Source: a virus
Lineage: Duplodnaviria > Caudoviricetes
IMG/VR virus record: IMGVR_UViG_3300017778_007984
Span: 4,594 to 68,593 of that record
Reading direction: 5' to 3' (one strand)
Length of the DNA stretch: 64,000 bases
Of this stretch, positions 53,324-61,825 are shown in pieces; within the stretch, counting starts at the first letter, position 1; every line of letters starts with the position of its first letter. The notes under the pieces are model-generated. The model did no database searches and was not told the origin of the DNA. It worked only from the letters and a program-made list of their open reading frames with translations. The translations under genes were made by a program, and so were the position numbers.

Positions 53324-54134
53324 ATTCTAAGATTCCATTTTTTGATTCAACATTTATAACTTCCCATGATGGATAATAAATGTCTTTAAAATTTTGCGGT
53401 CCTCTTTGACCAAACCAAATTGAAGGAGCGCAAACTTTTTTATTTTTATTTTTATTTAAAAAACTACCCCACCAGGAGAATGTTGAGTTAGAAATTATAT
53501 TATTTTCACATAAAGACATCAACCACATATCCAAGTAATCTTTTTCTTCATCCACAATAGTCATGTTCTTATATTTTAAATTTTGTATTATCCATTCTTT
53601 GTCGTCACTAAAAATAAAAATATGAGAGTATTCGCCAATTGTTTCTAAACTTTTTTCTATGTATGATAACCCAACTGTTGGGTGAATATCTGGATTTTGA
53701 AGGTAATCTCCTTTTCTTATGTGGATTGAAATTGTTTTTGATTTGGTGATTTCTGGATATTTTTGTTCCAAATATTGTTTAGTTTCATCATCTATTGAAA
53801 ATAAATTCATCACTTCTTCTTCGTAACTAAGAAAATTCTTATGACTTTGAAAGTACCCTTCAAATATTGTACTTTCCTCAAACGGTTTTACTTCACTATA
53901 TTCCCAAGGACCCTCACCTATTGTTTTAAAATCCTCTAAATTTTCAGTAAACGTAAAATTTTTAAATATATTATCAACATATTCGTTTGTTTGCTTACCT
54001 TGCATTGGAGTCCATGAATGAGGTCTCAAAAAAACGGGTCTATTATGTTTAAGCCCCTGACAAAAAACATGAGCCGCTTGAAACATTTGATTTCCAAGTC
54101 CACCCATCAAATTACAAGATAAATAATTATTCAT
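53313..54134 (-). CDS. GT11 (alpha-1,2-fucosyltransferase)-like protein
   Basis: GGLGNQMFQ, HIRKGDY, IFSDD, NSTFSWWGSFL. Confidence 0.88.
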   Translation of the reverse strand: MNNYLSCNLMGGLGNQMFQAAHVFCQGLKHNRPVFLRPHSWTPMQGKQTNEYVDNIFKNFTFTENLEDFKTIGEGPWEYSEVKPFEESTIFEGYFQSHKNFLSYEEEVMNLFSIDDETKQYLEQKYPEITKSKTISIHIRKGDYLQNPDIHPTVGLSYIEKSLETIGEYSHIFIFSDDKEWIIQNLKYKNMTIVDEEKDYLDMWLMSLCENNIISNSTFSWWGSFLNKNKNKKVCAPSIWFGQRGPQNFKDIYYPSWEVINVESKNGILEYVA

Positions 54135-54179
54135 TATGTTTTTTTAAAAATAGTTGATAAGTTTAATTATTATAGTGTT

Positions 54180-54905
54180 TTACTTTATTAATTTTTTTAA
54201 AGGTTGCTTATTTCTAATTATGTTAGCAACTCGTAATTGTTCAGATAAACCTCCGCAAGCACTACCCTCTTTGTGGTCGTTTAAGGGGGAATCTCCGTTG
54301 TACACATAGAATACGTTTGGTAAGAACTTATAATTTGCTTCACCAGCCAACTCTAATAAAGGAAAGGTATATGCAACGTCAGCACCTGATTTGAAATATT
54401 CTCCGTTGGTTTCTTTGAAATTTTCAATTGGAATATTCTTCCATAGAAATGATTTCCAAGTTCTCAGGTGTGAAAATCGGAAAGCGTCTTTTCTTATGGT
54501 CAAAGGGTCACATTTTGTAGAAAATCCTCTGGAACCATTTGAATACATAAAAGAACCATTGGTAATCCAAACTGATGAGTCTTGATAAGTTTTGTTAATA
54601 TCCTCTAGTACGGTTGGTAAATATAACCAATCGTCTCCATCGAGTTCAATAACAATGTCATCGTCATCGAAAGACCGTATGAGTTCATCTAAGTTTCTAA
54701 GTTTAAATTTTTTTTCTTGATTTATAATCAAATCAAATCGTACGTCACCATCTACTAGTTTTTCTATTTTGGAAACTGAATTGTCCGTAGACATGTCATC
54801 TATAAGGTAAACTTTGAAGTCCTTAAACTTTTGCATTTGCAACGATTCAATACATTTTCCAATGTATTTTTCAGCATTCCAAAAACAGCTTACAACCTTA
54901 ATCAT
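54180..54905 (-). CDS. Glycosyltransferase, GT2
   Basis: IDDMSTDNS, ELDGDDWL. Confidence 0.88.
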   Translation of the reverse strand: MIKVVSCFWNAEKYIGKCIESLQMQKFKDFKVYLIDDMSTDNSVSKIEKLVDGDVRFDLIINQEKKFKLRNLDELIRSFDDDDIVIELDGDDWLYLPTVLEDINKTYQDSSVWITNGSFMYSNGSRGFSTKCDPLTIRKDAFRFSHLRTWKSFLWKNIPIENFKETNGEYFKSGADVAYTFPLLELAGEANYKFLPNVFYVYNGDSPLNDHKEGSACGGLSEQLRVANIIRNKQPLKKLIK

Positions 54906-56536
54906 GACAAAATCTTGATATATTGTTCTTTTATTTGTTTTGCAACATTATCAGCGTAAAACTTTTCGATATCCTCTGGCGGTGAAGTTTTTTCTTTGGA
55001 TAAAATATCACCATTCTCATTCACTTTGTAAATCCAACTATCTTTTCCACTCATCCAACTTTCTATTGTTGTTCTACCTAATTGAATACCTGCGGTTTCA
55101 TAAGCACCTTCGATAAATGGTTTAAGATTCCATGTGGAAGGAAAATGTTTAATTGCTGGATGCTCTAAGTAACTTTTTAAATAAATTGATTTGTCTTCAC
55201 CAACTAACCATAGTTCTTTTCCCAAGGATATTGCGTATTCTCCAGCATCTTTAATTGCTAACTCTCTTAGATAATCTACAGTTCCAACAAACAAAATATA
55301 TCCTTTTTTGTTTTTTGGTAACGTAGAAAATCTGTTTTTGTCAATAGGATTATAAATCACAGAAATCTTCTCTTCCGAAATACCAAACTTTTCAACAATA
55401 TGGCTTTTGATTTCAGGACGTATTGCAATGTAATGCTTAATCGAATCGTGGATTACTGGGTCTTCAAGTTCTATAACTTCTGAATGTATTGAAGCAATTT
55501 TATCAATATTTGGATAAAGATTGACTATTCTTTCAGCAACTGGTTTGTGTTGAATATGAATAATGTCAAAATCAACTTCAGCGACTTTGTATAATGTTGT
55601 TGGGTTTGAAACTTGAGGTTTACCATCAGGGCCCGTCACCAACCATTTACCATCACCCATTTTGAATCCGGGGGCTTCTTCAAATGATAGGCATTTTATG
55701 CCTTCTTTTTTTGCTAAATCAGTAAGAGGTCCGCCAATTTGGGAAAGAACTGTAACCTGACAATTTTGTTTTTGAAGTGCTTTAGCAAGTTCATAAACGT
55801 AAACTTCCGAGCCAGTAAAGGTTCTAAAAAACATGCTAGAAAGCAAAACCTTTATTGGAGTTTTATCATTGTATGGTATTTTAACAGGCAAGTGTTCGGC
55901 ATATTTCTCAGCAAACAATTGACGATTATCTTCCCACTGTTGGTTCGTTTGTCCAATTGATTTGTGAGTAATTCTAATGTTTGTACAAAGTCCAACTTTT
56001 ACTCCTTTGAGATGATTTTCCAAACAAAATGGTAAGTCATAAAAATGAAATCCTTTAAAGTCTTCAACAAAATTCTTTTTAATACGATTTTTATGAATTA
56101 CAATGAAAACTCCATCAACGATAGCAACTTCTTTTATTTCGTTGCCGAGACTGCTGGAATATTTAGACTCCCATTTGCGGCCCTCGGCTTCGTGATTAAC
56201 GATACCGAACATTTTTCTTCTGTTTTCCCACCATCTTCCACTTTCGGGAACGTGAGTTGTTCCAGCAAGACCGATGATACCAAAATCATTTTTTTCAAAG
56301 TTTTTTTGAATTTTTGAATACCAAGCATTAGTATCAAAATAAATGTCATCGTGACATAGAATTACAATATCACTGTTTGCTTCTGCAAGAATTTCATTGT
56401 AAACTTGTGAAAGAGATTTTTCACCGTTGTTTATCTTTTCAATAACTTCAACGTATTTGGGGTTTCCAGATGATTTTTTGAAATATTCAATTAATTCTGG
56501 GTTATGATTTCTTGTTGAGTATCCAATTGTTATCAT
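54902..56536 (-). CDS. Two-domain glycosyltransferase (GT-A plus GT-B-like)
   Basis: YNE...LCHDDIYF and FHFYD in the N-terminal half; TGSEVYVYELAKAL in the C-terminal half. Confidence 0.78.
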   Translation of the reverse strand: MITIGYSTRNHNPELIEYFKKSSGNPKYVEVIEKINNGEKSLSQVYNEILAEANSDIVILCHDDIYFDTNAWYSKIQKNFEKNDFGIIGLAGTTHVPESGRWWENRRKMFGIVNHEAEGRKWESKYSSSLGNEIKEVAIVDGVFIVIHKNRIKKNFVEDFKGFHFYDLPFCLENHLKGVKVGLCTNIRITHKSIGQTNQQWEDNRQLFAEKYAEHLPVKIPYNDKTPIKVLLSSMFFRTFTGSEVYVYELAKALQKQNCQVTVLSQIGGPLTDLAKKEGIKCLSFEEAPGFKMGDGKWLVTGPDGKPQVSNPTTLYKVAEVDFDIIHIQHKPVAERIVNLYPNIDKIASIHSEVIELEDPVIHDSIKHYIAIRPEIKSHIVEKFGISEEKISVIYNPIDKNRFSTLPKNKKGYILFVGTVDYLRELAIKDAGEYAISLGKELWLVGEDKSIYLKSYLEHPAIKHFPSTWNLKPFIEGAYETAGIQLGRTTIESWMSGKDSWIYKVNENGDILSKEKTSPPEDIEKFYADNVAKQIKEQYIKILS

Positions 56537-56661
56537 TATTCAAAAACTTCTATATTTAACTTTTTCTTTGTTATTTTGGTTCATATTCAGTTATGGTTCC
56601 ATCAATATTAATAAGATTGTTTTTCAACCCATCAAGTAATACCGGGTTAATTGCATTACCA

Positions 56662-57276
56662 TTAAATTCCTGTTGACCCAAATCCATTTTCTCCTCTATC
56701 TGATTTACCTAAATTATTTTTTTCAACCAATTTTACTTTTTTTCCATTAAACACTGGACACAAAACCCCTTGTGCAACCTTTTGATTTTTTTTAATTACA
56801 ACAGGATGATTATTCATGTTCATTACAATTACTTTGATTTCACCATGATAACCGCAGTCAACTGTTCCAGGGCTATTTAACACCATTAACCCTTGATTGA
56901 TAGCAAGCCCGCTTTTACTACGTACTTGTAGTTCGGTGCCATCTGGAACCTCAAAAGCTAAACCTGTAGGAACTAAGACTCGTCCAAGAGGCGGAATGTC
57001 AATTTCTCCAACACTGTAAAAATCAAAGCCTGAATCTAAATTATATGCATATGTTGGAACAATAGCATCAGGATGGAGTTTTTTGAAATCTAGCTGGACT
57101 TTAAGTAATTCTTGATTCATGTAATCATCAAGTTCCGACAAGCTTTTGTTGACTTCCTCAGATTCAATATCTTGGTCATCAATATCTTCCGGATTAAAAT
57201 TCAAATTCTCGATTACTTCGAATAACTTGTTTAACTCGGCATCTAGCTCTTTATTGATATCAAAATTTTCGCTCAT
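56662..57276 (-). CDS. dut: Trimeric dUTPase with acidic N-terminal extension
   Basis: SGFDF, RSKSG, NSPGTVDCGYHGE, VAQGV, RGENGFGSTG. Confidence 0.92.
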   Translation of the reverse strand: MSENFDINKELDAELNKLFEVIENLNFNPEDIDDQDIESEEVNKSLSELDDYMNQELLKVQLDFKKLHPDAIVPTYAYNLDSGFDFYSVGEIDIPPLGRVLVPTGLAFEVPDGTELQVRSKSGLAINQGLMVLNSPGTVDCGYHGEIKVIVMNMNNHPVVIKKNQKVAQGVLCPVFNGKKVKLVEKNNLGKSDRGENGFGSTGI

Positions 57277-57983
57277 TTTAATGATTTTAATTTTAAGATT
57301 ACATCCACCAAAACTTGAACATCACGTTCACAATATTCTGCAATTTCCTTAAGCATACCCTTGTTCCAGTAGGCATCGTGGACTTTTGAACCAACTACTT
57401 CTCCTTCTTTTGGAGACGGAACGTCCATTGAAGCACACAATAAGTCAAGTGAACCTATTGAGGTGTAAGCCCCGAATTGCCATACTTCTTTAGTGTCTAT
57501 TGCTCTAATCTCCCATGGTTTTGTGTTGAAAGCGGGAAGAATTGAAGGTGGTAAAATGTTCTGAATAAGCATGCGTTTTGCCATCATAGGAATATCAAAG
57601 TTTTTTAAGTTGTGACCACACAACCAAAAATCTAATTTACCTGTTCTATCCAACAATACCTGGACCTCGCGAAGCAATTTATGTTCATCATCATCGGCAA
57701 AAGTTTGGCGTTTGATGCTACCTCCATCGGTAACAAAAGCAACACTAACACACACAATTTTTGCAAACTCAGGAACTAAAGCAGCTCTTGTTGCAAACAC
57801 AACGTTTTTTTGGTCAACTTCAATTTCTTTGTCCTCAGGAAAACGTTTTAAAAACCAATCAAAATATTTATCAAATTGGTCAGAAATACGTGGATGTTTT
57901 GATACTAAGTCATCGTAATTTTTTTCTAACCCAACGGTTTCAATGTCAAGGAAAAGAATTTTTGGGGTTGGGATGGTAATCAT
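57273..57983 (-). CDS. PolB-related 3'-5' exonuclease (DnaQ/DEDD)
   Basis: FLDIETV, GHNLKNFDIP, YCERDV. Confidence 0.85.
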   Translation of the reverse strand: MITIPTPKILFLDIETVGLEKNYDDLVSKHPRISDQFDKYFDWFLKRFPEDKEIEVDQKNVVFATRAALVPEFAKIVCVSVAFVTDGGSIKRQTFADDDEHKLLREVQVLLDRTGKLDFWLCGHNLKNFDIPMMAKRMLIQNILPPSILPAFNTKPWEIRAIDTKEVWQFGAYTSIGSLDLLCASMDVPSPKEGEVVGSKVHDAYWNKGMLKEIAEYCERDVQVLVDVILKLKSLK

Positions 57984-57992
57984 GATTTTTAT

Positions 57993-59207
57993 TTATTTGA
58001 TTAAACTTTTATAAAATTCCCCACGGTCAACAGTAACAATATTTAAATCGTATTTTTTACTTACGGTTTCATATAGTCGTTCACCCATATCAGTAACAAG
58101 ATTGGGATTTTTAAGTAATTTTACAATATACTTAGCCCAATCACTTTGATTTCTGGATTCTTCCACTAAAAGAGCATTACCATCAGTGAACTCACCATTT
58201 TTTAAACAATGTTTTAAATCAATGGTATATGGTCCTAAATCACTAGCAATCAAGGCTTTTTTGTAAAATCCTGCTTCGATTACTTTAAGTTGTGACTTCA
58301 TTTTGTTGAACATGTGGTTTTTAATTGGTGCCAAAGATACATCAAGTTTAGCGTAATTCCTAGCATATGATGTAACCGGTAGTGTCCAAACTCGACGGTA
58401 CGATTCATTTGCAAACTCTGGATATTCCTCCTGTGCGTATTTTTTTAAAACTTTTTCATACTCAGGGCTGACGTATTTATAATTTTTAGTAAAAATTTCC
58501 TCGTATCTAGCCCAAACAGTTTCTTCGGGTTTAATTGGTCTTTTTTTGTGTTCTCCAGTTTGGCCATTGATTTCCGTGATAGTACCCCTTGTGTCAAATC
58601 CACAAATAACGAATTGCAAATCTTTGTAATGTGAATTTAGTTTAGCAAATGAATTGTCCAATAATTGAAGGTCTGCAAGGTGCGAAGAACCCCCTAGCCA
58701 GCCAACACGAAGTTTTTCATGTGGTATTGTTGGTTCTTTAAATTGTGGCTCATCGGGATTGATTGCGTTGGGTAGCACAAACACGTTTTTATTATATTTG
58801 CGAATTTCTTCAGCAAATAGTGGGGTTGTTGTGGTAACATAATCTGCTTGTTTAATACTGTTAACAATTTTCTCGTTAATTTTATTAAACATAATAATGT
58901 CATGGATTGGGTGGTCCTTAGTTGGATTCCAATAATCATCCATGTCGCAAATAGTTACAATCCCTTCTGCTTTAAGTTTGTTTACTAATTCATAAGATTT
59001 TTCGAAGTCATTGGTAATACTCCGGTGGTACACAACAATTTGAAATTGTTTGAAAAAATTCAAATCTCCGATAGGGGGGTCTAAATCAATTTCTATATGA
59101 AAGTCTTCTGGAAACTTATTTTGTAGAAAAATATGAGGTTCAATTGAGCGAAACTTCCCAACACCAAATCTATCTGAGGGAACTACTAGTACATTAATTT
59201 TTGACAT
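57993..59207 (-). CDS. Glycosyltransferase, GT-B/GT4-like
   Basis: DMDDYW, VGWLGGSSH..DL, DVSLAP...FNKMKSQLKVIEAG. Confidence 0.8.
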   Translation of the reverse strand: MSKINVLVVPSDRFGVGKFRSIEPHIFLQNKFPEDFHIEIDLDPPIGDLNFFKQFQIVVYHRSITNDFEKSYELVNKLKAEGIVTICDMDDYWNPTKDHPIHDIIMFNKINEKIVNSIKQADYVTTTTPLFAEEIRKYNKNVFVLPNAINPDEPQFKEPTIPHEKLRVGWLGGSSHLADLQLLDNSFAKLNSHYKDLQFVICGFDTRGTITEINGQTGEHKKRPIKPEETVWARYEEIFTKNYKYVSPEYEKVLKKYAQEEYPEFANESYRRVWTLPVTSYARNYAKLDVSLAPIKNHMFNKMKSQLKVIEAGFYKKALIASDLGPYTIDLKHCLKNGEFTDGNALLVEESRNQSDWAKYIVKLLKNPNLVTDMGERLYETVSKKYDLNIVTVDRGEFYKSLIK

Positions 59208-59262
59208 TTGTCTTTTTTTTGTTCTATAAAATATAAGAACCTAAAAAGCAAATGAAAAGCTA

Positions 59263-59847
59263 CTATGATAACTTTTTAATTTTTGTTAACTTACCTTCAA
59301 AAACGTGTTTTCCGACTTGGAATCTAAAATTGTCGTTTGACTTTTCAACATTTTCAACAATTAAACCATTCTCGGACAAAACTTCTTTGACAACTTCTTT
59401 AAGAACACTTCTTAAATTTTCAGAGTTATACTGTGGAACTGCTTGTTCTACAATTGGTTTTTTGTTTTGACCCATAAGTCTTGATGCACGTTCTATTAAA
59501 TCATCTGATAATGTGACTGAACCGCCCATAGATGATGGCTGTTCGATTGGGTGTTCCATCATCAGCTTTTTAATTGCATCTGGCAATTTAGAATTTTTGA
59601 TTGCATCTGATGATGCTACGGGATAGGGTTTGTTCATAAACTGGCTTGATGGTGCATCAGATTGCTGCACAAATTGTGAACCTCTTGGATTTTCAGCCAA
59701 CAAATCCTCAGGGATATTATATTTGATATTTGGAGAATCAAAATTTTCCATTACTGGATTGTTTTTTATTTTAGACGTTGTGCCTTTATCCATTTGATTG
59801 TGTCTATCCATAATGGCTTTTGACATCATAATTTTTTCTAAGTCCAT
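59263..59847 (-). CDS. Hypothetical protein
   Basis: Clean ORF in operon. Confidence 0.75.
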   Translation of the reverse strand: MDLEKIMMSKAIMDRHNQMDKGTTSKIKNNPVMENFDSPNIKYNIPEDLLAENPRGSQFVQQSDAPSSQFMNKPYPVASSDAIKNSKLPDAIKKLMMEHPIEQPSSMGGSVTLSDDLIERASRLMGQNKKPIVEQAVPQYNSENLRSVLKEVVKEVLSENGLIVENVEKSNDNFRFQVGKHVFEGKLTKIKKLS

Positions 59848-59850
59848 ATT

Positions 59851-60231
59851 CTAGAATTTTGCTATAATAATAATGCTTGTCATGTCTTTGTCACCAGTTG
59901 GGTTAAAATTTGGTCTTGGTGTGTCGAAATTATCTCCCGTTGGTTTGTACGATACTATTTTATCCAATTTAAATAATCTCCATCCTGGCATAGGTCTTGT
60001 CCCGAGAAACCCACGGTGAGAAGCCCCTTCTTCGTCCCAAGCACGAACAACTAAATTATTTTTCTTACTTCGGCCAAGTGCTACTGGTTCGATAAGCCTT
60101 AAGCCCTTACCTCCTGGTTCGTCACCGTCATAATACATTATAATTTTTTGTTTATCTTCAATAGATTTTCTAACAGAATCCACTGATGCGATTTCTGTAA
60201 TTAAATTTTTAAAGACTTCAAAAAGTTTCAT
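59851..60231 (-). CDS. Stand-alone WYL-domain-like protein
   Basis: IMYY...RLIEPVALG...VVRAW...GWRLFKLDKI fits the WYL SH3-like pattern; no HTH. Confidence 0.7.
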   Translation of the reverse strand: MKLFEVFKNLITEIASVDSVRKSIEDKQKIIMYYDGDEPGGKGLRLIEPVALGRSKKNNLVVRAWDEEGASHRGFLGTRPMPGWRLFKLDKIVSYKPTGDNFDTPRPNFNPTGDKDMTSIIIIAKF

Positions 60232-60536
60232 TAGAAGTTTGGGTAAGTTTTAAACCTATTATATTTGTTAATTTTGATTTCGTCTTTTCTTTCTGCAATA
60301 TCTCGATTAGTTCCTGCGGTATCATTGTATACGTCCAAGAAAACACCCGTTCCTCTACCCATATCATCACCATCAGCAAGAGCTTGTGAATTGGTAACCC
60401 CATATTCATCGGCTCCTTGTTGAAAATCGTTTCTTGTTATTAATCTTTTTCTTTCAGCATCTGCAATTGCTGTTAAATTATTTTGTTCACTTTGTGCTAA
60501 ATCTAGCGGTTCGAAAACTTTTGGATTGTTTGCCAT
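60231..60536 (-). CDS. Hypothetical protein
   Basis: TAATG-type coupling to the WYL gene. Confidence 0.7.
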   Translation of the reverse strand: MANNPKVFEPLDLAQSEQNNLTAIADAERKRLITRNDFQQGADEYGVTNSQALADGDDMGRGTGVFLDVYNDTAGTNRDIAERKDEIKINKYNRFKTYPNF

Positions 60537-60537
60537 T

Positions 60538-61026
60538 TTAAATTTTTGAAATTAATTCATTTATTCTTTTCAGACTTTCAACAACTGTTTGTTCGTAAGT
60601 TGCTGAGGCATGTTTTTGAGTGGTTCGTTTGTGTTCTTTGGAGGGTCTCACCAAATCTTTTACATTATTTTTTAAGTCATTTGAATTGACTTTCGGGTCC
60701 TCGGGTTTTGTGTCTTGTTGGTTATTATGAGTATTATTTCTCATGTTATTTAAGGAATTGTTAACCCAATTTTTTACCAAAGCACCACCGTTTAAAATAA
60801 ACGAAACCTCAGTTGGCTCCCCCTCAAAATTATCAAAAAAGTTTTTTATCCTTTTAAGTTGCTTGTAGGTGATTTTTTCTTGCGATTGGAGTTCTTGGTT
60901 TCTTCTGAATCCTTCCGTGTTTTGGTCCGCGCCTTGTGCTTGAGCAAAAGAATTCCTGAGATGTTGTTTAATATCTTTTGGAATTACCATCTCACCTACA
61001 CTAGTGTCGTATAATTTACTGTTCAC
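60538..61026 (-). CDS. Hypothetical protein
   Basis: Operon-like ORF. Confidence 0.7.
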   Translation of the reverse strand: MNSKLYDTSVGEMVIPKDIKQHLRNSFAQAQGADQNTEGFRRNQELQSQEKITYKQLKRIKNFFDNFEGEPTEVSFILNGGALVKNWVNNSLNNMRNNTHNNQQDTKPEDPKVNSNDLKNNVKDLVRPSKEHKRTTQKHASATYEQTVVESLKRINELISKI

Positions 61027-61777
61027 CTTTTAATTTTATTAAATCCATAATTTCACCTTTAGTCAAAACCTCGTGTTCAATTTTTTTATTCACAATATCT
61101 TTTTTCTTTTTTTTGCCAACAAGAATGTCTTCAATAATTTTTGCCATTTGTTCTTTTTGCAATTTTTTTAAAATTTCTTTCTCTTGCAAACGAATTCTCA
61201 TGTCGCTACCTTTCTTTTTTTTCTTTTGAGAAATACGTGGGTCTTTACCAAACTCGATTGCTCTTTCAACCGAATTATCCACACCCATATCTTCTAACTT
61301 TGCGATAGTTTCCTCCGGAGGTAAATCTTTAGTTTCCTCATAACCGAATGCTGCAGATAAATCTTCCTCTTTCACTTCTGATTCTAAATAATAAACTCCT
61401 CCTCCGGCATATGTCCTAGCTAGATAATTTCCTGGTTGCGTAACGGCTTGAACTGTTTGGTCCATCGTTTTACGTGGTGTGACATTTGGGTCGAGAATTG
61501 GAACATTTGAATTAGATAATGTTCCATCAGAGTTCACAATCTCCTCAACTTCACCTTTAACTTCTTTGCTGGTTTTTTTCTTTTTTGATTTGACAATTTT
61601 TTCAAGATGATTCTTCAACGCTTCTATTTTTTCTTTAGGAATTTTGATATATTCATCATTTTTTCTGGCCTCACTGATGGTTTCAGCAACAGAAAACCAT
61701 AAGTGTCCCCCATCCTTTTTTTCTCTTAAAAGGAAGTAGTAATTAGAACCGAAATATTCCTCGTTAAATTTCAGCAT
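61016..61777 (-). CDS. Hypothetical protein
   Basis: Start reassigned to MLKFNEE (61777), downstream of TATTTATA at 61796-61789. Confidence 0.7.
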   Translation of the reverse strand: MLKFNEEYFGSNYYFLLREKKDGGHLWFSVAETISEARKNDEYIKIPKEKIEALKNHLEKIVKSKKKKTSKEVKGEVEEIVNSDGTLSNSNVPILDPNVTPRKTMDQTVQAVTQPGNYLARTYAGGGVYYLESEVKEEDLSAAFGYEETKDLPPEETIAKLEDMGVDNSVERAIEFGKDPRISQKKKKKGSDMRIRLQEKEILKKLQKEQMAKIIEDILVGKKKKKDIVNKKIEHEVLTKGEIMDLIKLKGEQ

Positions 61778-61825
61778 ACTTTTTTTACTATAAATACTCA
61801 AAAGAAAGGTATTTATCTATAAGTT

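Noticed and set aside
59851-60231. WYL gene as evidence of a type VI-D or other CRISPR locus
   Set aside because: No Cas effector or array is nearby.
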